IMG/VR virus record: IMGVR_UViG_3300045974_000100
Span: 9,168 to 73,167 of that record
Direction: 5' to 3' (one strand)
Length of the DNA stretch: 64,000 bases
Source of the DNA: a virus
The notes beneath the pieces are model-generated. The model worked only from the letters and a program-made list of their open reading frames with translations, was not told the origin of the DNA and made no database searches. This document shows, piece by piece, positions 54,496 to 61,809 of the stretch. A program made the position numbers and the translations under genes. Each line of letters opens with the position of its first letter. The first letter of the stretch is position 1.

Positions 54496-54601
54496 TTATG
54501 CACCCACAGGGTTGGCAGGACCGACAGGAGTTGCAGTTGAACAGGACCACACGTGAAACCCAAGGAGTTCAACCGGTCCTGCCAACCTTGTCGGCGCATA
54601 A
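54496..54601. repeat. 28-bp imperfect inverted repeat (long stem-loop)
   Basis: TTATGCACCCACAGGGTTGGCAGGACCG ... CGGTCCTGCCAACCTTGTCGGCGCATAA, with inner GTTGAAC/GTTCAAC. Confidence 0.8.
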
Positions 54602-54648
54602 CAAAGGGAACGGCCCGCCCGCAATCTCGGTGCGAACGGACCGTTCCC
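54596..54648 (-). terminator. Terminator-like hairpin
   Basis: Minus strand GGGAACGGTCCGTTCGCA-ccgagat-TGCGGGCGGGCCGTTCCC then TTTGTTATG. Confidence 0.7.
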
Positions 54649-54668
54649 GGTGTCTCCGGAGGGAGACG

Positions 54669-55091
54669 TTAAGCCACTGTCAGCCCGAGGTCTTCGAGCG
54701 GAATCAGTGCGTTACAGGCTGGGCAGCAAAGCCGCTCAGTGGTGGAGCCGTCGATAGCACCGACTCCGAAGCCAGGCAGGCCTGACGTGGTGATGGTGTT
54801 CTCGGTGCGGCCGACCAGGGGCACGACACGGTGCGCGTCCTGGAAGTAGCGCCAACGGGAAACCGTGGCAGCGACCTCACAGTCGGGGCAGGTGATGTGG
54901 CTGGAGTCAGTCACCGCGTCCGGACCTGCGAATGAGGCGGGGTCTGGTGCGGGGTCGGGCTGGACCGGCTCTTCGATAACGGACACCTCGGGGAGGGTCT
55001 CGGCCGGTTGGTTCTTGCTGACACTGCCGTCCTTGTTCAATGACTCGCCGTCTTCGTTGACGGGACGTTCATCGATGGGAGCGTCGGACAT
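54669..55091 (-). CDS. Zn-ribbon hypothetical protein
   Basis: CPDC...CPAC; acidic/Pro-rich N-terminus; AAGGA RBS. Confidence 0.65.
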   Translation of the reverse strand: MSDAPIDERPVNEDGESLNKDGSVSKNQPAETLPEVSVIEEPVQPDPAPDPASFAGPDAVTDSSHITCPDCEVAATVSRWRYFQDAHRVVPLVGRTENTITTSGLPGFGVGAIDGSTTERLCCPACNALIPLEDLGLTVA

Positions 55092-55133
55092 GGTGTTCCT
55101 TCCGTGGTCGTTGTCGATCGACGGATCAAGAAT

Positions 55134-55276
55134 GGCATGCAAAAAGCCCTACGCAACGAATCACGTAAGGCTTGGTTGTGTTTCTCGGGACCTCGGTTGT
55201 CCGGCCGCCTCTTACTGGCGAACCACGGTTATCCGCGCATCCCGGCGGGCAGAGTTTCCCCTTACCCAACACACCC
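55134..55276 (-). ncRNA. Candidate structured RNA / attenuated leader
   Basis: Lies between a promoter and a terminator (AAGCCTTACG..CGTAGGGCTT TTTGCATGCC); contains nested stems with GAAA, ATAA and ACAA loops. Confidence 0.4.
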
Positions 55277-55304
55277 ATTGTATCAGGATGTATCAGCGTG
55301 TCAC
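55277..55304 (-). promoter_or_regulatory. Leftward sigma-A-type promoter
   Basis: GTGACA-N16-TACAAT with extended TGn; overlapping direct repeat TGTATCAG x2 (55279, 55289). Confidence 0.55.
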
Positions 55305-55453
55305 AACTTGAACTTCTTGGCGCAGTACGAACACTGGATCCTCGGGACCCACTGCCACCAGGTTTGCTTCGGTATGGCGGTCGAGGTAGCAGCACCGCAA
55401 TGCGGACAGAACACGATCGGACGCTTCTCGTTGCTGAACCCGACGCTCATCAT
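55301..55453 (-). CDS. Small Zn-ribbon protein
   Basis: CPHC...CSYC; ATGA-coupled. Confidence 0.6.
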   Translation of the reverse strand: MMSVGFSNEKRPIVFCPHCGAATSTAIPKQTWWQWVPRIQCSYCAKKFKL

Positions 55454-55887
55454 GAACCAGCCAGTGTGGCGATGGCGTCGTTGATCGGCTGCGTCTGATC
55501 CGGGCAGTAGAAGGTCGTGGCGACCGTGAAGAACCCGCCCCACCACTTGGCCTCGTTCGGGTTGTCGTCCGTCATCGAAGCCTGAACAGCGTCCATGACC
55601 AACTGCGATGGGGTCTTGGTGCCGTCCCCGAGTTCCAAGCACATGCCCTTGGCCGAGTTGACCATCTGCTCGTCAGTCTCAGGTGCGTTCCACCCGTTCG
55701 AGTCCTCAGTGGCCTGAAGGGTGTTGAGGAACTGCTGATCCGTGGTGAGAGCGTCAGTCGTGGGATCCGCTTGAACTACGGGGTCCTGCGTGGTGACCGG
55801 TGCAGCGTTGTGAGGCGCCACCTGGACAGTGCATGCAGTGAGGGTCAGCGTCGCAACTAGCGCCAGGCCCGCGAGGATCTTCTTCAT
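55450..55887 (-). CDS. Lipoprotein, DUF732-like
   Basis: MKKILAGLALVATLTLTA-C lipobox; DQQFLNTL...AKGMC..LGDG...ATTFYCP. Confidence 0.8.
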   Translation of the reverse strand: MKKILAGLALVATLTLTACTVQVAPHNAAPVTTQDPVVQADPTTDALTTDQQFLNTLQATEDSNGWNAPETDEQMVNSAKGMCLELGDGTKTPSQLVMDAVQASMTDDNPNEAKWWGGFFTVATTFYCPDQTQPINDAIATLAGS

Positions 55888-56045
55888 GAGAGGTTCCTTC
55901 CGGAGGGGTGACGCTGACGCGTGTCTTCGCGCTGGGCGTCCTCGTATGTTTCCTTGTAGTACAGAGCGATCGACCGAGCGGCCCATCCCAAGGACAGGCA
56001 GACCAGCGACCAGGCGAACAGCCACAGCGGGATCGTGTTGTTCAT
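55884..56045 (-). CDS. Small membrane protein (53 aa)
   Basis: MNNTIPLWLFAWSLVCLSLGWAARSIALYY...; GGAGG RBS; ATGA overlaps. Confidence 0.6.
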   Translation of the reverse strand: MNNTIPLWLFAWSLVCLSLGWAARSIALYYKETYEDAQREDTRQRHPSGRNLS

Positions 56046-56311
56046 CGTTGGGCCTCCCTGGTCCAGTAGAACTGCGGGTCAACGCTGGACGTGAAGATCG
56101 CCCAACCAGTGCGGCCCAAGTCGATCTGGGCGTATGCGATATGCGCTCCGACAAACACCCGGCACACCTTGCGCCAGGCCCCGCGGTAGAACACCTCCAT
56201 GTCCGTAGACATCTCAGTGGGTTCCATCAGTTGCAGCGCAACCTTCGTGGCCGGCGGCTTCTCCACTTGCTTGCCGTCGACCATCACCATCGAGAGTTGG
56301 TAGCCCCTCAT
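56042..56311 (-). CDS. Hypothetical protein
   Basis: ATGA-coupled chain. Confidence 0.55.
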   Translation of the reverse strand: MRGYQLSMVMVDGKQVEKPPATKVALQLMEPTEMSTDMEVFYRGAWRKVCRVFVGAHIAYAQIDLGRTGWAIFTSSVDPQFYWTREAQR

Positions 56312-56706
56312 GCCTTCGCCGCCCGCTCCGCGAACCGGTACGCATCACGCACCAGCGTCTTGTCACGGCCGGAGCAGGCGTACATCTTGCGCATCATCCA
56401 TTCCAGGATCTGCAGGCGAGGCTTCGCGGGAAGCAGCAGGATCGTGGGAAGGAGCTTGTGACGGATCACCACGTCAGCGTCAGGCATCTTCACCAGCACG
56501 GCCTCATCGTTCGCGAGGCAGTAGAAGCCGGAGTAGAGCCAGTCACCGATGGGGATAGCCAGGGCCAGGTGCCGCATCAGTTCATCGTCCGTGCCGAGGA
56601 AGATGAGCGGAACGGTGTCCAGGCCGTTGTAGATGTGGACGTCGCTGACGGGCTCGAGGAACTCGTACAGTTCTTTGATGCTGGCGTAGTCGGTGAGGGT
56701 GGTCAT
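56308..56706 (-). CDS. Hypothetical protein
   Basis: MTTLTDYASIK..., ATGA-coupled. Confidence 0.6.
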   Translation of the reverse strand: MTTLTDYASIKELYEFLEPVSDVHIYNGLDTVPLIFLGTDDELMRHLALAIPIGDWLYSGFYCLANDEAVLVKMPDADVVIRHKLLPTILLLPAKPRLQILEWMMRKMYACSGRDKTLVRDAYRFAERAAKA

Positions 56707-57170
56707 TCCGCACCGGCCATCTTGTAGACGCGGGGCAGAGCGAACGACGGGCAGGCGCACTGCGAGTCGGTGCAGGGGGAGAACTTGGGGTTCTCGGTCT
56801 CTGCATGCCCGCCCATGTCGTGGCCACAAATGCACATCTGCGGAACCACGAGGGTCATTTCTTTGGCGAGTTTCTCACCCGCTCGACGATCCCGGTCGAA
56901 CCGAATGTCGTCGTAGTGCATCTCGAGCAACTCCGACAGATCTTCCATGAAGTTGTCTTCGAAGTTTGCACGCATGTTCCATGCCACAAGAAGGGCTTCA
57001 CCGATCCAGCGAGGGAATGCGAAGATCTCTGGACGCAAGCCATAGATCTGAACGAGTTCCACGACATCGCCGTTTGTGACGAGGGCGACGGTGCAAGGGA
57101 ACTCAAAGGTGCGTTCTGGGGCTTCGACGGTCTTCATAACCTTGTCGGTCCAGATCAGTTCGTACTTCAT
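56703..57170 (-). CDS. Hypothetical protein with C-terminal CxCGH Zn microdomain
   Basis: AGGAG + ATG 57170; CICGHDMGGH...C...CACPSF. Confidence 0.7.
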   Translation of the reverse strand: MKYELIWTDKVMKTVEAPERTFEFPCTVALVTNGDVVELVQIYGLRPEIFAFPRWIGEALLVAWNMRANFEDNFMEDLSELLEMHYDDIRFDRDRRAGEKLAKEMTLVVPQMCICGHDMGGHAETENPKFSPCTDSQCACPSFALPRVYKMAGAE

Positions 57171-57187
57171 GTCAGGCTCCTGTTCCT

Positions 57188-57226
57188 GGGCATACGAAAA
57201 GGCCCCCAGCGGATGTGCTGAGAGCC
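57188..57226 (-). terminator. Promoter-proximal terminator-like hairpin
   Basis: GGCTCTCAGC-acatcc-GCTGGGGGCC then TTTTCGTATGCCC. Confidence 0.65.
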
Positions 57227-57280
57227 TCGTTATCGGGTGTACCACTCACTAATTCAGGGCACACTTCTTCCGATATCTCT

Positions 57281-57310
57281 ATTGTCCCATATACGGGGCG
57301 TGGTTGTCAA
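57281..57310 (-). promoter_or_regulatory. Strong leftward sigma-A-type promoter
   Basis: TTGACA-N18-GACAAT with extended TGG. Confidence 0.7.
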
Positions 57311-57769
57311 TTACTGTGTGTAACTAAGTGGGGGTGTTTGGAGGACCGAATGGAGCACCAAAATGCGCACCCTTCCGTCCTCCCATAACACCGGCAATTC
57401 GGCCTCCTTGTTGTTGATATCGAGGTAATACTCGTCCGTTTCCACAACCCAACCGGACTCACCGCGCACATACGAATACCACTTGCCCTCAGGCTTCTTC
57501 GCCCACTTCACCTGGATCACGTCACCAGGTTGCACTCGAGGCATTCCCGGCTTCATCAACTTGAGGAACTCAGGGGTGAGTTTGGCCCCCATGAGATGCC
57601 GGACCTCATCCGAAGCCGTGTACAGCGCCTTGTTGATCAGCCGCTCATTCACCGACTTGGCTGCCGCGTCATCGATCTCGATCTCGAACTCATCGGAGAC
57701 AAATCTGGGTTTCATGTCGGGTAACTGCAGCATTGTGCTCACTCGGCCACGAACAGATCTCTTAGTCAT
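57311..57769 (-). CDS. Hypothetical protein
   Basis: 152-aa ORF in the operon. Confidence 0.65.
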   Translation of the reverse strand: MTKRSVRGRVSTMLQLPDMKPRFVSDEFEIEIDDAAAKSVNERLINKALYTASDEVRHLMGAKLTPEFLKLMKPGMPRVQPGDVIQVKWAKKPEGKWYSYVRGESGWVVETDEYYLDINNKEAELPVLWEDGRVRILVLHSVLQTPPLSYTQ

Positions 57770-58235
57770 TGGCCGTCCCCTTCAACTTGTCGATCGCGTC
57801 CAACCACCGCTGCGAGGTATCCACCGGGTCGTTGGACTTGGCGATCTCCTCGAGCTGCTTGACGAACTCTGCGTTCACCGTGGGTGGCGGTGAAGTCGGG
57901 AAGGAGAAGTAGAACCGGGCGTAGGTGCCGTCGAAGTCGTCGTCCTCATCCGACAGATAGTTCGGGTGGTTCGGGAGACGATCACAGGCACAAGCCGAGC
58001 ACCCATTGGCGCCGGTGTACTCGCCCGGCTTGGCAGGCTCGTGCTCACTCCAGTCGTCCCGGTTGCCTGAACCGTTGCGGGTGTAGATCGTGATGCGGGG
58101 CTCGCCCTTCTCACTACGCTCCACCCAGGCGTCCCGGTACCGGCCCACGTCAGCGGTGGTCAGTCCGAGGACGGAAAGAAGAACGGCGCGGACGTCCTGT
58201 CCAGCGCCGCCGAAAACCATGTCGTACATGCTCAC
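57762..58235 (-). CDS. Conserved-looking phage hypothetical protein
   Basis: GRYRDAW, YTRNGSGNR, HPNYLSDEDDDFDGTYA.F.F. Confidence 0.75.
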   Translation of the reverse strand: MSMYDMVFGGAGQDVRAVLLSVLGLTTADVGRYRDAWVERSEKGEPRITIYTRNGSGNRDDWSEHEPAKPGEYTGANGCSACACDRLPNHPNYLSDEDDDFDGTYARFYFSFPTSPPPTVNAEFVKQLEEIAKSNDPVDTSQRWLDAIDKLKGTAND

Positions 58236-58465
58236 TGTTGCTCCTTGTAGTACTCCGTGGTGTCGGGCACGGTCGTGTAGGTGTGGGTGGCACCACTCCA
58301 GGCCCGGTGTGCCTCTTCCTTGTCGGCCAGGATGTAGATGCCCTTGTAACGGGCGCCGACGAACACCCGAGCCAGCGTGGGGTCAGTGGGCTCGTCTTCC
58401 ACACCGACGATGAGATGAGTGCGGGTGCCAGGTGCCTCGGGCATACCCATGAGGTAGCCGATCAT
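58232..58465 (-). CDS. Hypothetical protein
   Basis: Coupled chain. Confidence 0.55.
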   Translation of the reverse strand: MIGYLMGMPEAPGTRTHLIVGVEDEPTDPTLARVFVGARYKGIYILADKEEAHRAWSGATHTYTTVPDTTEYYKEQQ

Positions 58466-58734
58466 GTTTGCTCCAAGTAGGTTCCGGTGAGGGCTTTACG
58501 GGTGTCGCACGGGTAGGGCACAACTTGGTAGGCCTGAATGCTGCATTCGGAACAGCAGTCGAGCCAGTCACTTGCAGGGTTGCCCGGTGTCAAAGAGATG
58601 CGCATGCTCTGGGCAATGTGAAAGATCAGCGCCTGGTCGACGCGATCGCACAGCATCTCCACCCAGTCAGGGTCGATCGGTGCGTCGCCCGCTTCAAGTT
58701 GCGCTCGCAGGTTTGCTACGACGTCCTCACTCAT
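58462..58734 (-). CDS. Hypothetical protein (H..CxxC..YPCxT Zn motif)
   Basis: CSEC...PYPCDTRKAL. Confidence 0.6.
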   Translation of the reverse strand: MSEDVVANLRAQLEAGDAPIDPDWVEMLCDRVDQALIFHIAQSMRISLTPGNPASDWLDCCSECSIQAYQVVPYPCDTRKALTGTYLEQT

Positions 58735-59182
58735 CGCTGGCCTCCGTCTCTGGGGTGAACTGACGGCAGGTGCAGTAGTCGGGTGAGATTGCGCTCCCCG
58801 CTTCGCAGGAGTCATGCCGATGCAACCGCTTGTCATGCCCGCAGTTACACGCGCTGGCCTCCGTCTCTGGGGTGAGTGCCCGACTTACGTCACGTAGGGC
58901 TGCGTTGTATCCCTCGCCCGCTGCCAGTAGCCATGCGCCGTCGCCCTCGCGGTTCTCCACTTTTGGCAGCGCCATCGCTCGCTCGATGCGCATGTTGGCG
59001 TCGTCACGCTCGATGATGAGCGGCCCGTTGCGGAGCATCATCTGTGCGACCGCATCGTTCGCCTCGGCTAACTGCGCCTCTAGCCGGTCAAGTTCGTCGG
59101 CAGCCTGTTGCATCAGAGCATCGAGGTTGTGGATGCCCTTGACCTTGTGCCCGTTACGTAGTCGCGTGGTCAGGTCACTCAT
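58727..59182 (-). CDS. Coiled-coil protein with an inserted CxCGH Zn microdomain
   Basis: MSDLTTRLR...QAADELDRLEA; TPETEAS duplicated around the module. Confidence 0.7.
   Translation of the reverse strand: MSDLTTRLRNGHKVKGIHNLDALMQQAADELDRLEAQLAEANDAVAQMMLRNGPLIIERDDANMRIERAMALPKVENREGDGAWLLAAGEGYNAALRDVSRALTPETEASACNCGHDKRLHRHDSCEAGSAISPDYCTCRQFTPETEASDE
58735..58875. repeat. 24-bp exact direct repeat, 117-bp period
   Basis: CGCTGGCCTCCGTCTCTGGGGTGA at 58735-58758 and 58852-58875. Confidence 0.9.
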
Positions 59183-59391
59183 AGCACCTCATCTGCCTCT
59201 AGGTAGACGTGACCGTGCTTGGCCTCGAACTCTGTGGCTAATGCCAGTTGCTCGTCACGCAACGCTCGGTACCGCATGAGTAGCGGCCGGCCTTCAGCGA
59301 CGATCTCCTTCATGCGCTTATGGAAGGCAGCCTTCTCCAACTCGAACTGGAGTAGGGCGACGTCAGCCTCCTCCTTGGTCTTGTAGATCAC
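59179..59391 (-). CDS. Hypothetical protein
   Basis: GGAGG + GTG; helical. Confidence 0.55.
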   Translation of the reverse strand: MIYKTKEEADVALLQFELEKAAFHKRMKEIVAEGRPLLMRYRALRDEQLALATEFEAKHGHVYLEADEVL

Positions 59392-59581
59392 CGAGGTCCT
59401 CCCTCGTGAGTAGGTCGATCTGGTCGTTGGGGCACTCTTCGTTCTCGAAGGCTTTGTTGCACAACGGGCAGTCGATGTCGCCGCACTTGATGCACCACAG
59501 GGATTGGCAGTACGGCCAGCCTTCACGGTCGACTGTGTAGATCTCGCCGTCGGCGTCGCGTTTCCACTCATGCTTTGCCAT
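59363..59581 (-). CDS. Small Cys-rich protein
   Basis: KHEW...CIKC...CPLC...C. Confidence 0.55.
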   Translation of the reverse strand: MAKHEWKRDADGEIYTVDREGWPYCQSLWCIKCGDIDCPLCNKAFENEECPNDQIDLLTREDLGDLQDQGGG

Positions 59582-59831
59582 CGGGCTCCTTCGGTTCGAT
59601 CAGGGTGTAGGCGACAACCTTGCCGTCCTTGTCCTTGATCTCCTTCACCGTGCCGCTTTGAGCAACCCACGAGGCAATCGTGTTGGCGATGTCCTGGGAC
59701 TTGCCCGGATAACGCTGGTTGACGAATGCCACGCGGTCAGTGCCGATCTGATCGACCAGCAACTTCATGGCAGCCATGTTCGGGTCGTTGTTGACCCGTT
59801 CCCAGAACTCGTCGTGTGCTTTAGTCGCCAT
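59568..59831 (-). CDS. Hypothetical protein
   Basis: Coupled chain. Confidence 0.6.
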   Translation of the reverse strand: MATKAHDEFWERVNNDPNMAAMKLLVDQIGTDRVAFVNQRYPGKSQDIANTIASWVAQSGTVKEIKDKDGKVVAYTLIEPKEPDGKA

Positions 59832-60063
59832 TCTTGAACGCCTCTGAGAAGCCGTTGAGTGCGGTGGTCAACTTCTGTGCACGCTGAGCGAACTCGTCCA
59901 TGGACACACCGACCTGGCGCATGGCTGCGTTGAACGCTGTGAAGTCGATCTTGAACTCCACCACGACAGGGACCGGCTTGGGCTTGGTCTCGGTACGGAT
60001 GCGCCACACCAGAACCGGAGTGCCGATGAGCATGACGACGAGGTAGAACCAGGCCTGATTCAC
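59821..60063 (-). CDS. Membrane-anchored small protein
   Basis: GGAGG + GTG; N-terminal TM. Confidence 0.55.
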   Translation of the reverse strand: MNQAWFYLVVMLIGTPVLVWRIRTETKPKPVPVVVEFKIDFTAFNAAMRQVGVSMDEFAQRAQKLTTALNGFSEAFKNGD

Positions 60064-60446
60064 AGCACCTCCAAGGGGATAAGTGGACGTGCGCTCCGCG
60101 GCCTCAAAGCCGCCGGCACGTCCAACCAGTACGAACACTGCATGTACCGGTGGTCAACATGACGGGGTTCCTTCCCGTAGAAGGGGAAGTCCCGGCAGGT
60201 GTGTGGACGATTCTCGTGGTCCGTACACCGTTTGTTGACCGGGTCGTAGACGTTGCACACCTGCTCGACACGGTTGTGGAAGACCAGGCCGGTGGGGATG
60301 AAGTGGTCGTAGAGGAACTGGTAGTCCTTGCGCCACTTGCCCGCGACGTAGGGGTCAGCGAGTTTGGCGGTGAGCACACCGCGAGTGGCCCCGGTGAACA
60401 GGGTCTCGCAGCATGCCCCACAGCCAGCGCAGCCGAGGCTAGGCAT
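60060..60446 (-). CDS. YkgJ-family cysteine-cluster (Zn/Fe-chelating) protein
   Basis: CAGCGACC...CNVYD...RCTDHENRPHTCRDFPF...C. Confidence 0.8.
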   Translation of the reverse strand: MPSLGCAGCGACCETLFTGATRGVLTAKLADPYVAGKWRKDYQFLYDHFIPTGLVFHNRVEQVCNVYDPVNKRCTDHENRPHTCRDFPFYGKEPRHVDHRYMQCSYWLDVPAALRPRSARPLIPLEVL

Positions 60447-60672
60447 CTTTGTCCTTCCCATAGCAACAGCAGGCGTCGTCCGGATGCGGCCACCGTTCCT
60501 CGTACACGTAGTCACTGATGCACGACGAACAGCACAGGCCTTTGTGTTGCACCGAGTCGACGTAGTAGTCGTCCCACGTCTTCGGCGCCAGCCACACAGG
60601 GTTGTTGTCCCGGAACCATTCGATCTGCTCCTGGGGAGGGAGAGTGAGGACGAAAGTAGGAACGTCGCTCAC
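60439..60672 (-). CDS. Small Cys-rich protein
   Basis: HKGLCCSSC...CCC. Confidence 0.55.
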   Translation of the reverse strand: MSDVPTFVLTLPPQEQIEWFRDNNPVWLAPKTWDDYYVDSVQHKGLCCSSCISDYVYEERWPHPDDACCCYGKDKDA

Positions 60673-61256
60673 GGCTTCCACTCAAACCTCACGCACGGGC
60701 ACGATCCGTTGTCGTCAGCAAAGGTGCACACACCGAACAGCGACTTGGACTCACTGAACGAATGCACATGGAGTTCCTGAAGGTGACCACACGTGCACAT
60801 GGCGCCAGGTGAGTTACCGACGTCAGGGACGTGCTCCGGAGTGTCGTCCAGGAACTTCTGGCACGCGCACATCACACCGTCGACAGCCCCACGAGGAGTA
60901 CGAGTGTTGCAAGCGCCACCGTTCATGGCATGCCACCCCTTGGGGTGCTTACAGGTGCAGACGCGTGCGCGGTCTTTGCCTTCCTCTTCCCAGGCCCGGT
61001 CCTGTGTCTTCTCCAAGATCTCCTCGACGTAACACTTCACTGCCTCGTCGATGATCTGGACGAACCCACCGACACTGCGCAGGAACGGATACTCAAGTAG
61101 GAGTGACCGGTACTTCTCAGCGCCGGCCTTCCCGTGTGAGTTGACCATGGCTTTGGTGAGGAACTCCTCGTCCAATGTGTACCTCTGCCGGGTGGCCTTT
61201 TGCGCTTGCTCATTGAGGTAACCGGACAGCACGTTGGCTGCTTCTTCGTCGTTCAC
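60669..61256 (-). CDS. Hypothetical protein with two CxCxH Zn microdomains
   Basis: GGAGG + GTG; CTCKH..H..C..CACQKF and CTCGH..H..C..CPCVRF. Confidence 0.7.
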   Translation of the reverse strand: MNDEEAANVLSGYLNEQAQKATRQRYTLDEEFLTKAMVNSHGKAGAEKYRSLLLEYPFLRSVGGFVQIIDEAVKCYVEEILEKTQDRAWEEEGKDRARVCTCKHPKGWHAMNGGACNTRTPRGAVDGVMCACQKFLDDTPEHVPDVGNSPGAMCTCGHLQELHVHSFSESKSLFGVCTFADDNGSCPCVRFEWKP

Positions 61257-61501
61257 GTCTCTCCCTCCTTCAACCACGGGAATGTTGTGGGAACTTGCCC
61301 ACTCAGATGGTGGTCGCGGTGCATCCGACGATGCGTGTTGACGTCGGTCACGTTGTTCCACGGCGGCAACGACCAGTGCAGGCTGCAGTTCGTGCAATGC
61401 AGGTGATGCTCACCGTCGTCGGTCTTGTTGTATTCGATCTTCATCTTCTTGCGGATCCAGTCCCGCCGATAGATGAGCCCGTCTTCGCGTGGGGTGACCA
61501 C
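61253..61501 (-). CDS. Small Zn-finger protein
   Basis: CTNC...HRRMH. Confidence 0.5.
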   Translation of the reverse strand: MVTPREDGLIYRRDWIRKKMKIEYNKTDDGEHHLHCTNCSLHWSLPPWNNVTDVNTHRRMHRDHHLSGQVPTTFPWLKEGET

Positions 61502-61809
61502 TACGGTTTCCTACCCGTCCCGCCACACTCAGAACAGCGGTGCGTGCAGCCAGGCCAATCGCAGCTGCCACCGCATGGCCCGTACCCGTCACCGGCACAA
61601 AACTCGCACACGTCCGAGATGTCTTCCTCGGTTTCGATCAGCCAGCCCTGGCCGTACAGCATGTTGTGCATCAACCCAGCGGCGATGCGTTCGCTCTGCT
61701 CGTCCGGACCAGGCGCAGGGCCCTCGAAACGATAAAGCCCGTGCTGACCCTCTTCGGTCTTCTGGCACGGGCACGTCTTGAGATCCATGACGTCGTCGAT
61801 CATGCTCAT
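61501..61809 (-). CDS. Cys-rich protein (DnaJ-type CxxCxGxG motifs)
   Basis: CEFCAGDG...CSECGGTG. Confidence 0.55.
   Translation of the reverse strand: MSMIDDVMDLKTCPCQKTEEGQHGLYRFEGPAPGPDEQSERIAAGLMHNMLYGQGWLIETEEDISDVCEFCAGDGYGPCGGSCDWPGCTHRCSECGGTGRKP

Noticed and set aside
55172-55276. Possible tRNA gene
   Set aside because: Multi-stem shape but no TTCRA T-loop, anticodon-loop geometry or CCA; kept only as an ncRNA candidate.
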